Numbered from the stretch's first letter, positions 38,590 through 51,010 are shown. The stretch is 64,000 nucleotides of DNA from Mobula hypostoma (GCF_963921235.1 NC_086097.1:16244001-16308000); one strand, 5' to 3'. Translations and numbers: made by a program. Notes: generated by a model not told the origin, from the letters alone.

Positions 38590-38992
38590 GTGAGGGGAGA
38601 TCTCATTGAAACCTATCGAATGTTGAAAAGCCTAGAAAGAGTGGGGACGGGGAGGACGTTTCTTATAGTGGGGGGGGGGGGAAGAGGCTTAGACCAGAGG
38701 ACATGGCCTCAGAATAGAAGGACTCCCTTTAGAACAGAGATGAGGAGGAATTTCTTTAGCCAAAAGGTGGTGAATCTGTAGCATTCATTGCCACAGACAG
38801 CTGTGGAGGCCATCGGGTATATTTAAAGCCAAGGTTGATAGGTTCTTGATTAGTAGAAGTGTCAAAGGTTATGGGGAGAAGGCAGGAGAATGGGGTTGAT
38901 AGAGATAATAAATCAGCCATGATAGAACGGCAGAGCAAACTTGATGGGCTGAAAGGCCTAATTCTGCTCCTATTTTATGTTTTATAGTCTTA
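38590..38992 (+). mobile_element. CR1 3' end
   Basis: RGDLIETYRMLK..FRTEMRRNFFSQKVVNL plus CR1 3' UTR. Confidence 0.8.
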
Positions 38993-39452
38993 TTTCAGAA
39001 GCAATGCGATTACACACTGTACTGGGTTAACACTGGCTGACATGAGAGGAATACAAATTATACTAATGCCATATTCAACACCACCCAACAGCATTCAGCA
39101 TTGTAATATTTATTTACCCAGCATAGAAATAGTAAGCCTATTTCAGAATTTAGAAAAGGATACATGAAAATGATATTGAAAGGAAAATTCAGAAGATGAG
39201 AATAAACTGGTGGTGAACATGAAATCAGAAAAAACTGGCAATACTCAGGTTAGACAGCACCTGTGGAAGGGAGACAGTTAACGGTTCAGGAAGAGGAACT
39301 GGGGGAATGAGGAACTGGAGGTACAGAACATCTCCAATAGGATAAAGGCAAGGATTAATTTAGAAGTTGTAAAAAGAAACAAAAGTTGTGAAATGAGGGT
39401 CATTAGGGAGCAAGACCACAAAGAAAGGCAGGTGGTGTAAAATGCAGGGCTG

Positions 39453-40290
39453 AAGTTCAAACTTAAAAGTACGTTTATTATCAAACTATGAGTACATTTT
39501 ACAACCTTGAGATTCATCTCATTACAGGCGCCCACAAAACAAAAAACACAATAGAACCCATTAAAAACAAGTGTCAAACACCAAATGTGCAGAGAAAAGA
39601 AAACAAATCACGCAAACAATAAAGCAAGAAAACAGTATTCAGAACCGAATTTTATGAAAGTGAGTCAACAGACACAAAGCCAGGCATCAATGCAGCAGGC
39701 CACAGCCTCAGTTCAACGCAGAGCTGAGTAAATGTTGAGCAGCAAGCTGAACTGGCCCATCCTTCACCTCTGGCCCCGACACCATGACCTTTTCAATCTG
39801 GCCCAGTGCTAGAATCGTCCAAATCTTGGGTCATCCCTTGATGTTGGACCTGAGCCCCGCTGCTTTGATATGCTCTCAGGTTGGTGCTCCACCACCTCAA
39901 TTCAGCCCCTAACTGACCTTTCCAATTCCATCCAGCGCAAACCTCAGGTCTTTCCTCACCCCTGGGCCTGGACTCTACCTCAACTCAGTTCTGCATCATG
40001 ATATTGCCTCCAAGTCCACTCCAGCAATTGGTTCATTCTCTGCACTCAGACCTGGGCCCAGCCACCTCGATTCAGCTCACAGGCTGCAACCATACCATAC
40101 CCTCAAGACTTCAGTTCATAGTGCAAAAATCCCAGGACATACAGGCAGTTCAAAGGCTCAAATCCAAAAGGGAAGTTACAGACGATTGTTTGAACTGATC
40201 GTTTACCAGAAAAAGTGTTATTAATAAAGCATTTTGTTGTTTTCTTTGCCTTTGATAAATAGTCACTGAGCCTCACCAGCACTATTTTAA
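39453..40290 (-). mobile_element. Non-autonomous element (same head family as 25671) with Rex1-type tail
   Basis: Reverse complement begins TTAAAATAGTGCTGGTGAGGCTCAGTGACT..CTGGTAAACGATCA..GTCTGTAACTTCCCT; tail aatctcaaggttgta..gataataaa. Confidence 0.6.
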
Positions 40291-40633
40291 CAAGTCAAGT
40301 TGCACGATTAGAGAAATAAAAATTGAGAAAGGAGAATTTGCAAGCGAAAAAGGAAATACTTATGTAAATTTCAACAATGCTAGGGTTGTAATTGTTCCTA
40401 AGCAATGTGGCAGAAAATGCAGCTAGCTCTAAACTGTAGGTCTTCAGTTCTCTAGCTAAAACAGTATCTGATTCTGTGGTCTTTGGCACTTTTGGACAAA
40501 CAAAATTGCTAAAATAAGATTGTACAGAGGCCTCACGGAGTTATGAAACAGAAGTCATGGTTAGCTGATCTATGGAAAAAATGTGGGGAAAATGTGAGGC
40601 TCGTTAGAAAAAAAAACATGTATCGTTATTCAT

Positions 40634-41140
40634 AAACACGAGAAAGTCTGCAGATGCTGGAAATCCAAAGCAACACACACAAAAAGCTGGTGGAACTCAG
40701 CAGATCAGGCAACACCTATGGAAATGAATGACCAGTTGATGTTTCGCGCAGAGACCCTTCACCAGGACTGGAAAGGAAGGGGAAAGATGCCAGAATAAAA
40801 AGGTGGGAGAAGAGGAAAGAGGCTAGCTGGAAAGTGATGGGTGAAGCCATGTGGGTAGGAAAGGTAAAGGACCGGACAGGAAGGAACCTGATAGAGTAGG
40901 CCATGGGAGAAAGGGAAGGAGGGGACCCAAAGGGAGGTAGTAGACAGATGATAGAAGGTAGGAGAACAGAGTGGGAAATAGGAGAGGGGAGGGAGGGATT
41001 TTTTTTAAACTGGAACATGCCATCAGGTTGGAGGCCTCCCAGATAGAATACAAGATGTTGCTCCTCTAAGCTGAGGGCAGCCTCATCTTCACACAAGAGT
41101 CGTCCATGGACATGTCAGAACAGGAATGGGAATTGGAATT
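40634..41140 (-). mobile_element. Penelope-like (Neptune-type) 3' fragment: GIY-YIG C-terminus plus pLTR with degenerate hammerhead
   Basis: ORF 40716-41096 begins ..EAALSLEEQHLVFYLGGLQPDGM.. followed by a pyrimidine-rich UTR and CTGGTGA..GAAAC; links the short pLTR repeats to an autonomous PLE. Confidence 0.8.
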
Positions 41141-41257
41141 AAAATTGGTATTTCTTAGCAACACACAATGTGACCATAAGAAGAGATAAGAGCAGAATTA
41201 GGCCATTCAGCTCATTGAGTCTGCTCCGCCATTCCATTATGGCTGATTAATTTTCTT

Positions 41258-44200
41258 TGGCAGTTGAACGAGGCATGACAGCGCAAGCGCGTGTAAGTCG
41301 GACCGTGAGGCAGTGGGAGTATTTAAAAGACAGCAGATTAACAGAGCGGGGTCAGAGTAGAGGGGGGACAGAATAGGAAGGCTTTGGCTCCTGAGGCTTC
41401 GGTGAGCAGAGGCTGAGGAAGAGCTTCACTCCGAGTGAGGCAAGGCCAGGTAAGTTCCTTTAATAAATCTAATTACCTTAGGAGTAAGTAATGGAAGCAG
41501 CAGTTAGGGCAGTTGAGTGCTCCGTTTGCAGGATGTGGGAAGTCAGGGCGAGCACAATCGTCCCTGATGACTACACCTGTGAAAGGTGCATCCAGCTGCA
41601 GCTCCTAACAAACCGAGTTAGGGAACTGGAGCTGGAGCTGGATGAACTTCGGATCATTCGGGAGGCTGAGGCAGAAATAGAGAAGAGTTACAGGGAACAT
41701 ACATCAAAGTTTCTGGTGAACGCAGCAGGCCAAGCAGCATCTATAGGAAGAGGCGCAGTCAACGTTTCAGGCCGAGACCCTTCGTCAGGACTAACTGAAG
41801 GACTAGTCCTGACGAAGGGTCTCGGCCTGAAACGTCGACTGCACCTCTTCCTATAGATGCTGCTTGGCCTGCTGCGTTCACCAGCAACTTTGATGTATGT
41901 TGCTTGAATTTCCAGCATCTGCAGAATTCCTGTTGTTTAAGAGTTACAGGGAGATAGTCACCCCTAAGAGTCAGGAGACAGGTAGCTGGGTGACTGTCAG
42001 GAGAGAGAAGGGGAATAGACAGAATGAGTAGAGCACCCCTGTGGCCGTTCCTATCAATAATAAGTACATCATTTTGGATGCTGTTGATGGGGACAGCCTA
42101 CCAGGGACAAGTTGTAGTGGTTGCGTCTCTGGCACTGAGATGGGACCCTCAACTCAGAAGGGAAGGAGGGAAAAGAGGAGAGCAGTAGTGATAGGGGATT
42201 CGATAGTTAGGGGAACAGATAAGAGGTTCTGTGGAAGAGATCGAGAATCCCGGATGGTCTGTTGCCTCCCTGGTGCCAAGGTCCAAGCTATCTCAGATCG
42301 AGTCCTCGGTATTCTCAAGAGGGAGAGTGAGCAGCCGGATGTTGTGGTCCATGTAGGGACCAATAACGTGGGTAGGAAGAGTGAGGAGGTCCTGAAAGGA
42401 GAGTTTAGAGGATTAGGAGCCAAGTTAAAGGACAGGACCTCCAGGATAGCAATCTCAGGATTGCTACCAGTGCCACGTGCAGGCGGGTTTGGAAATAATA
42501 AGATAGCGCAGATAAACACGTGGCTGAAGACATGGTGCAGGAGGGGGGGCTTCAGATTTATAGATAATTGGGCAGTTTTCCAGGGAAGGTGGGACCTGTT
42601 CCGGTGGGACGGTCTACATCTGAACTGGAGGGGGACAAATATTCTTGCAGGTAGATTTGCTAGAGAGGCTCCGGTGGATTTAAACTAGATACGTGGGTGG
42701 AGGGGAACCAGAGTGTAGAAACAGATGTAGGGAAGAAGGAAGAAAAAGAAAATAGTAAAGTTGTTTGCACCATTAGTGATAAACAGAGAGTAAGAGGTGG
42801 AAAATTTCTTAAGTGCATTTATTTTAATGCTAGGAGCATTATAAGAAAGGTGGAGGAGCTTAAGGCATGGATTGATACCTGGAAGTATGATGTGGTAGCT
42901 ATTAGTGAAACATGGTTACAGGAGGGGTGTGATTGGCAACTAAATATTCCTGGATTTAATTGCTTCAGGCATGATAGAATGGGAGGGACAAGAGGGGGAG
43001 GTGTTGCATTGCTTGTCAGAGAAAATATTACAGCGGTGCTCTGGCAGGATAGATTAGAGGGCTCATCTAAGGAAGATATTTGGGTGGAATTGAGGAATGA
43101 GAAAGGTGCAGTAACTCTTATGGGGATGTATTAGAGACCCACCAAATGGGGAGCGAGAAGTGGAGGAGCAAATTTGTAAGGAGATAGTAGATATTTGTAG
43201 TAAGCACAAGGTTGTGATTGTGGGAGATTTTAATTTTCCACACATAGACTGGGAAGCCCATACTGTAAAAGGGCTGGATGGTTTGGAGTTTGTAAAATGT
43301 GTGCAGGATACTTTTTTGCAGCAATACATAGAGATACCAACTAGAGAAGAAGTAGTGTTGGGTCTCCTGTTAGGGAATGAGATAGGTCAGGTGACAGAGG
43401 TTTGTGTTGGGGAGCACTTCGGGTCCAGTGATCACAATGCTATTAGTTTCAATATAATTATGGAGAAGGATAGGTCTGGACCCAGGGTTAAGATTTTTGA
43501 TTGGAGAAGGGCTAACTTTGAGGAGATGCGAAATGATTTAGAAGGAGTGGATTGGGACAATTTTGTTTTATGGGAAGAATGTAATAGAGAAATGGAGGTC
43601 ATTTAAAGGTGAAATTTTGGGAGTACAGAACCTTTATGTTCCTGTTAGGATGAAAGGAAAGGTTAAAAGTTTGAGAGAGCCATGGTTTTCAAGGGATATT
43701 GGAAACTTGGTTTGGAAAAGGAGAGATATCTACAATAAATATAGGCAGCATGGAGTAAATGAGGTGCTCGAGGAATATAAAGAATGTAAAAAGAAGAAAG
43801 AAATTGAAAAAGCTAAAAGAAGATACAAGGTTGCTTTGGCAAGTAAGGTGAAAATAAATCCCAAGGGTTTCTACCGTTATATTAATAGCAAAAGGATAGT
43901 GAGGGATAAAATTGGTCCCTTAGAGAATCAGAGTGGACAGCTATGTGTGGAGCCAAAAGAGATGGGGGAGATTCTGAACAATTTCTTTTCTTCAGTATTC
44001 ACTAAAGAGAAGGATATTGAATTGGGTAAGATAAGAGAAACAGGTAGGGAAGTTATGGAAACTATGATGATTAAAGAAGAGGAAGTACTGGAGTCTTTAA
44101 GGAACATAAAAATGGATAAGTCTCCGGGTCCTGACAGGATATTCCCTAGGACCTTGAGGGAAGTTAGTGTGGAAATAGCAGGGGCTCTGAAAGAAGTATT

Positions 44201-45685
44201 TCAAATGTCATTAGAAACGGGGACGGTGCTGGAGGATTGGCGTATTGCTCATGTTGTTCCATTGTTTAAAAAGGGTTCTAAAAGTAAACCTAGCAATTAT
44301 TGGCCTGTGAGTTTGACGTCAGTGGTGGGTAAATTGATGGAAAGTATTCTTAGAGATGGTATATATAATTATCTGGATAGACAGGGTCTGATTAGGAACA
44401 GTCAACATAGATTTGTGCGTGGAGGGTCATGTTTGACAAATCTTATTGAATTTTTTGAAGAGGTTACTAGGAAAGTTGACAAGGGTAAAGCAGTGGATGT
44501 TGTCTATATAGACTTCAGTAAGGCCTTTGACAAGGTCCCACACAGAAGGTTGGTTAGGAAGGTTCAATCGTTAGGTATTAATATTGAAGTAGTAAAACGG
44601 ATTCAGTAGTGGCTGGATGGGAGACGCCAGAGAGTGGTAGTGGATAACTGTTTGTCAGATTGGAGGTCAGTGACTAGTGGTGTGCCTCAGGAATCTGTAC
44701 TGGGTCCAATGTTATTTGTCATATACATTAATGATCTGGATGATGGGGTGGTAAATTGGATTAGTAAGTATGCAGATGATACTATGATAGGTGGCACTGT
44801 GGATAATGAAGTAGGTTTTCAAAACTTGCAGAGAGATTTAGGCCAGTTAGAAGAGTGGGCTGAAAGATCGCTGATGGTGTTTAATGCTGACAAGTGTGAG
44901 GTGCTACATTTTGGTAGGACTAATCAAAGTAGGACATACATGGTAAATGGTAGGGCATTGAAGAATGCAGTAGAACAGAGAGATCTAGGAATAATGGTGC
45001 ATAGTTCCCCAAAGGTGGAATCTCATGTGGATAGGGTGGTGAAGAAAGCTTTTGGTATGCTGGCCTTTATAAATCAGAGCATTGAGTACAGGAGTTGGGA
45101 TGTAATGTTGAAATTGTACAAGGCATCGGTGAGGCCAAATTTGGAGTATTGTGTACAGTTTTGGTCACCGAATTATAGGAAAGATGTTAACAAAGTAGAG
45201 AGAGTACAGAGAAGATTTACTAGGATGTTACCTGGGTTTCATCACCTAAGTTACAGAGAACTGTTGAACAAGTTAGGTCTTTATTCTTTGGAGTGTAGAA
45301 GGTTGAGGGGAGACTTGACAGAAGTATTTAAAATTATGAGGGGGATTGATAGAGTTGATGTGGATAGGTTTTTTCCATTGAGAATGGGGGAGATTCAAAC
45401 AAGAGGACATGAGTTGAGAGTTAAAGGGCAAAAGTTTAGGGGGTAACATGAGGGGGAACTTCTTTACTCAGAGAGTGGTAGCTGTGTGGAACGAGCTTCC
45501 AGCAGAAGTGGTTGAGGCAGGTTCAATGTTGTCATTTAAAGTTAAATTGGACAACTATATGGACAGGAAAGGAATGGAGGGTTATGGGGTGAGTGCAGGT
45601 TGGTGGGACTAGGTGAGACTAAGAGTTTGGCACAGACTAGAAGGGCTGAAATGGCTAGTTTCCATGCTGTAATTGTTATATGGTT
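41258..45685 (+). mobile_element. Near-full-length CR1 LINE (ORF1 zinc finger/leucine zipper/SGNH esterase 41491-42688; ORF2 APE+RT ~42820-45610), a few disabling mutations
   Basis: CSVCRMW..CERC, GDS, VGTN, DGLH; CIYFNARS, ISETW, VGDFN, GSSDHN; GSCLTNL, DFSKAFDKV, KYADD; CpG-bearing 5' UTR. Confidence 0.95.
41697..41938. mobile_element. Penelope-derived fold-back mini-element with hammerheads on both strands
   Basis: Perfect 14-bp TSD AAGAGTTACAGGGA (41683-41696, 41939-41952); 97-bp arms 41697-41793/41804-41900 with 3 mismatches; HHR motifs at 41805-41840 (+) and 41757-41792 (-). Confidence 0.9.
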
Positions 45686-45859
45686 AATTATTCCTCTCAA
45701 CCCCATTCACCTGCCTTCTCTTCGTAACCTTAAGCTTACATATCAAGAACCTATTAATTTCTGCTTTAAGCGTTCTCAATGACCTGGCCTCCAGAGCTGT
45801 GTGTGGCAATGAATTCTACAGATTCACCACCCTCTGGCTAAAGAAAGTCCACCTAATCC

Positions 45860-46920
45860 AGGGATCCAGGCAAGTTTGGCCAGGTGGATTCAGAATTGGC
45901 TTGCCTGCAGAAGGCAGAGGGTGGTGGTGGAGGGAGTACATTCAGATTGGAGGGTTGTGACTAGTGGTGTCCCACAAGGATCTGTTCTGGGACCTCTACT
46001 TTTCGTGATTTTTAATTAACGACCAGGATGTGGGGATAGAAGGGTGGGTTGGCAAGTTTGCAGATGACACAAAGGTTGGTGGTGTTATAGATAGTGTAGA
46101 GGATTGTTGAAGATTGCAGAGGGACATTGATAGGATGCAGAAGTGGGCTGAGAAGTGGCAGATGGAATTCAACCCGGAGAAAGGTGAGGTGGTACACTTT
46201 GGAAGGACAAACTCCAAGGCAGAGTACAAAGTAGATGGCAGGATACTTGGTAGTGTGGAGGAGCAGAGGGATCTCGGGGTACATGTCCACAGATCCCTGA
46301 AAGTTGCCTCACAGGTAGATAGAGTAGTTAAGAAAGCTTATGGTGTGTTAGCTTTCATAAGTCGAGGGATAGAGTTTAAGAGTCGCGATGTAATGAGGCA
46401 GCTCTATAAAACTCTGGTTAGGCCACACTTGGAGTACTGTGTCCAGTTCTGGTTGCCTCACTATAGGAAGGATGTGGAGGCATTGGAAAGGGTACAGAGG
46501 AGATTTACCAGGATTATGATCAGAGATTAAGGGAGCTAGGGCTTTACTCTTTGGAGAGAAGGAGGATGAGGGGAGACATGATAGAGCTGTACAAGATAAT
46601 AAGAGGAATAGATAGAGTGGATAGCCAGCGCCTCTTCCCCAGGGCACCACTGCTCAATACAAGAGGACATGGCTTTAAGTTAAGGGGTGGGAAATACAAG
46701 GGGGATATTAGAGGAAGGTTTTTTACTCAGAGAGTGGTTGGTGCGTGGAATGCACTGCCTGAGTCAGTGGTGGAGGCAGATACACTAGTGAAATTTGAGA
46801 GACTACTAGACAGGTATATGGAGGAATTTAAGGTGGGGGGTTATATGGGAGGCAGGGTTTGAGGGTCAGCCCAACATTGTGGGCTGAAGGGCCTGTAATG
46901 TGCTGTACTATTCTATGTTC
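45860..46920 (+). mobile_element. CR1 LINE 3' fragment (RT end), inserted into a minus-strand CR1 tail (41173-41250, 45686-45858, 46921-47245)
   Basis: [27 protein letters not shown], tail ctattctatgttc. Confidence 0.9.
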
Positions 46921-49583
46921 TAAAGGGACATCCTTGTATTCTGATGCTGTGCCCATTGGCCCTAAACCACATCCCTCCCCACCACTACTGGAAATAGCCT
47001 ATGCCCACTCTATCTTGACCTTTTGATATTCAATAGGTTTTAATGAGATCCCCCCCCCCACCCCACCCCATTCTTCTAAACTTCGGTGAATTCAGGCTCA
47101 GAGCCATAAAACGTTCATCACACAACAACCATTTCATTCCCAGGATCATTCTCGTGAATATCCTATACACCCTCTCCAATGCCTGCACATCCTTCCCTAG
47201 ACAAGGACCTCAAAACAATACTCCAAGAACAGACTGATTAACATCTTATCGAGCATCTGCTGGAGGAACTCAGCACGATGAGTAGTAACTACTGGGGGGA
47301 GTGGGGGGGTGGAAGAGGGAAGATGAAGGGATCTTCCATGTTTTGGGTCAAAACCCTATATCAGAGGGATGAGAGAGGAGCTCAAGATGAGTAGTAGTGC
47401 TGGTGAAAACTTGCAATGAGGAAGAATATGCAGCTGTGATAACAAGTTTTGGTAAGAACAGGATCAAAGAGTCAGAGAGCAATGATGATTGTGATAGGTA
47501 GGCTGGATCCCTTTCCTCTGGAGCTTTGAAGAATGACGGGTGATCTCACTGAAATACAAATTTCTTCCAGGGTTCAACAGGGTATTATAGACTGAACGTT
47601 CCTCATGACTGATGAGTTGAATCTCAGAATAAGGAGTAGATCATTTAGAACTGGAATGAAGAGCAATGTCTTCACTCAAAGACTGACATACAGTAGCTCC
47701 AGTATTCCTTATCCAAAGGTTATTTTATTATCGAAGCATGTATGCAGAATACAACTGAGATTTGTCTTCTCCAGATAGCCATAAAATGCAGAAAATCATA
47801 GTAGCTGAAAGACATTAATTCTCTCCCCCACACAAAAAGAGAAAAACAACTCCAAATTCCAAACCCTCTCTCGCACAAAAATTAACAGATCACCCAAACC
47901 CCCAGTCCACCAATCAGCAACAAAAAAATGGGTGAGAACATGAAAAAAAACATAGAACTAAAAGAGGCAAATATGAACTACAGTCCAATCCATAAATCTT
48001 AGCATTTCGATAACATCTCAGAGAGTATCAGGAGCCAGCTGCCCCTCCAAGGGAAGCGATCCTAGAGAGTAGGGGAGTCTCATTCAATGATTGTGTTTAA
48101 ACAGATTTACAGATACTAGCAGAATCCAAGGAAATGGGAATAGAGCAGAAAAATGACACAGAGTTGGATCAGGCATGACCCTGATGAACGGCAGAGTGGC
48201 TCGAGGGGTCAAATAGCCTCCTGAATCTGAATCAGGTTTATCGTCACTGACGTTAAGTGAGCTGCTCCTATTTCTCAATCTTTGATTGAAATCTAGATGG
48301 TAAAGGGGGCCATAAATCAAGGTACTGAGTACACGAGTTGGGAATTTCTGTTGAAGGTGTATAACTCATTAGAGGTTTCAAATTTGGAGTATTGTGTTCA
48401 GTTCCGGTCACCGGCCTGCAGGAAAGATATCAATATGAATGAAAGAGTACAGAGAAAATTTATAAGGATGTTGCTGGAATTTAAGGACCTGAGTTACCAG
48501 GAAAGTTTGAATAGGTTAAAGGTTTAAAGTAAATTTATTATCAAAGGACATGCTGTTATGTCACCATATACTGAGATTTTTTTTGCAAGCTTCATACTAA
48601 ATACAGATAAATAAAATCGATGAAAAAAATGCTCTCAAGATGGACACACAACCAATATGCAAAAGACAACAAACTGCAAATACAAAAGCAAATTAAGTAA
48701 TAATAGATAAATAAACAATACATAGAGAATGAGATGAAATGTCCTTGAGTGTGACCACATAGGTTTGTGGGACCAGTTCAGTGTTGGGGTGAGTGAAGTT
48801 ATCCCCTTTGGTTCAAGAGCTCAAGAGGTAATAACTGTTCCTGCACCTGGTGGTGTGGGTCCCGAGGCTCCAGAACCTCCTTCCCCATAGCAGCGGCGAC
48901 AAGAGAGCACGGCTTGGATGGTGGTGTCCCTGATGATGGGCAGTGCTCCCTTGTAGATTTGATCACTGGTTGCGAGGGCTTTACTCACGATGAACTTTAT
49001 TCACTGGAGTGTAAGAGAATGAGGGGAGATTTAGTAGAGGTGTAAACATTTTGACGGCTATAGATAGGGTTAATACAAGCATGCATTTTCCCCATAGAGT
49101 TTGCGTGAAATTAGAACTAGAGGGTGAAATTAAAAATTAGAAGGGTGAAAAGTACAACACTTAGGAACGCAAAGGGGAAACCGCTTCACTCGGGGTGGTG
49201 GAAATATAGGATGAAACTGCCAAAGGAAGTGCTGGATGCAGGTTTGATTTCAACATTTAGGAGAAGTTGTGTTAGAGTGGAATAGTAATGGGCAGGAGGG
49301 TATGGAGGGCCATAGTCCGGGTACGGGATGATGGAACTAGGCAAAAGTAACAGTTCATGATGGACTAAGTGAGTGCTGCTTCCGAGCTGTAGTGTTCTAT
49401 GGTTTTATAATATCGCCACTCTGCAGAGCTTTGAATATTTCCTCTGTTACGACTTGACTCTTGCTTCACAAACTTGGGCGCTACCCAAATTACCTTTCGT
49501 CCCAGCCTCATCCTGTTCTTTCCAAGCCAGTTAGAAGAGATGGACAATTATCACCTTACCTACACCAAATTTAAAAATATGAA

Positions 49584-49685
49584 GCAACACACATCAAAGT
49601 TGCTGGTGAACGCAGCAGGCCAGGCAGCATCTATAGGAAGAGGCGCAGTCGACGTTTCAGGCCGAGACCCTTCGTCAGGACATGA
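49584..49685. mobile_element. Short Penelope pLTR insertion with intact minus-strand hammerhead core (49647-49681)
   Basis: 12-bp TSD TAAAAATATGAA (49572-49583, 49686-49697); reverse complement GTC-CTGACGA-AGGGTCTCGGCCT-GAAACGTC-GAC. Confidence 0.8.
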
Positions 49686-49839
49686 TAAAAATATGAAACT
49701 TGATGGAAGGCCCAGGGGTACTTGGACAGGCTACATCTTATTCATTCCCATGATTACCTAAGAAAAAAAGCTCTGCCAACTCTTCCAGGCTAGTTAATCT
49801 CAACCCTTAATTTATTTAAAACATTCCGCAATGTAAGAG

Positions 49840-50560
49840 TATGCCAAAGGCTAGTTCACATTTCAGGCGTGCCTCATATCGAGAGCCCATGCTCGATAGC
49901 CCTATTCCCGACTCGTCACTCGGGCGCTCACAGGTAACCAAGTTGGGCAAAAACTTCCCGGAGCCGCTGGGCGCGACCCTCCGTGACGTCACGGCGTCGC
50001 AGGCGGAGCCCGGCGGTGGCCGCGCCCATTTCGCACTCGCTCCGCCAACGCTGTTGCGAATGAAGAAAATAATGAAAATTAAAACATCTAAAAATGCCAG
50101 TTAAAATATCGGTGTATTTTACCTCTTCCTCACGGGCATGTTTAACCTGCCAGAAATCCCCCAGGAGCTTGCACTTTGCTGAGTCCGGCAACGCAACCAA
50201 GAAGCAGTTTCGCTGACAGGCGTCCGTCCACAAGTCGGAACTTCCAGGTTCGGTTACTAGTTGTGTAATGCCTGAATATGCTACTAGTTACGATGGCGAA
50301 ACCCAAGCAACCTCTGCCTCCTAAAGGCGTTTTCTTTGCGTAAAGCACACTGACCACTATGCCGTTGGGATGCACTCATTTAAATAAAGTGGCCGCTGTT
50401 CCAACACTGCACTCTCCTACATGAAAGGATTATTCATCCGCCAGGCTTTAACCGACTTAGAAAGCAACGCAGAAAATATAGGAACCACTTGGTCCAGTTT
50501 CTATCCACGTCCACCGACTTTTGCCTCGTGCAGTTTCACGTCCTCTAATAGTTTCACGTG
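49840..50560. promoter_or_regulatory. CpG-island-like putative promoter with perfect CRE palindrome
   Basis: Dense CpG/GC core 49900-50060 not recognisable as a repeat; CCGTGACGTCACGG at 49981-49994; CACGTG near 50555. Confidence 0.6.
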
Positions 50561-50775
50561 ACTGAAATCTACACATTTTTTTCCCCGAGATAAAGTTCTG
50601 GATGGTGATTGAGGAACTTTAACTTGTTGCCACTCTAAACCAAGGCACGTTGACCAGATGCAGCATTTTAACTGCAGATAAGCCAGTTTAGGCAAACTAG
50701 GTGAGCACGACCAGAAACTTATAGTTTAGAGTCATTGTTATAAAGCACAGAAACAAGAGATTTTGTAGGTGCTGG

Positions 50776-51010
50776 TGTGGTAAACCATGTATATATGTTG
50801 TAACTGGGTTACCTGTCTGGACACACCCCTCTGCTGACTGCCCCTGTGGCTCCTCCCACAGAGATCTGTATAAAGGTGTTCTCCTTGCCCCCCCCCCTCA
50901 GTCTGGGGGGGGGCAGACACTCACTGTGGAGGTTGTATTGTACAGCGAATTCAGTATTTGTTCAGTATTTTACCAAACCTCAGTCTTTTGGTGTATTTGA
51001 AGGTGTTTCA
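50776..51010 (+). mobile_element. Short solo LTR (235 bp)
   Basis: TG...CA termini, 5-bp TSD GCTGG (50771-50775, 51011-51015), TATAAA at 50869-50874; interrupts a Penelope pLTR fragment. Confidence 0.75.

Noticed and set aside
16800..49500. A third protein-coding gene in the intergenic interval
   Set aside because: Every recognisable ORF is transposon-derived or antisense to one, and no spliceable non-TE coding exons were identified. Very short exons cannot be excluded.
49841..50375. ORFs of 77-101 aa across the CpG island
   Set aside because: No recognisable domain; open frames are expected in GC-rich DNA.
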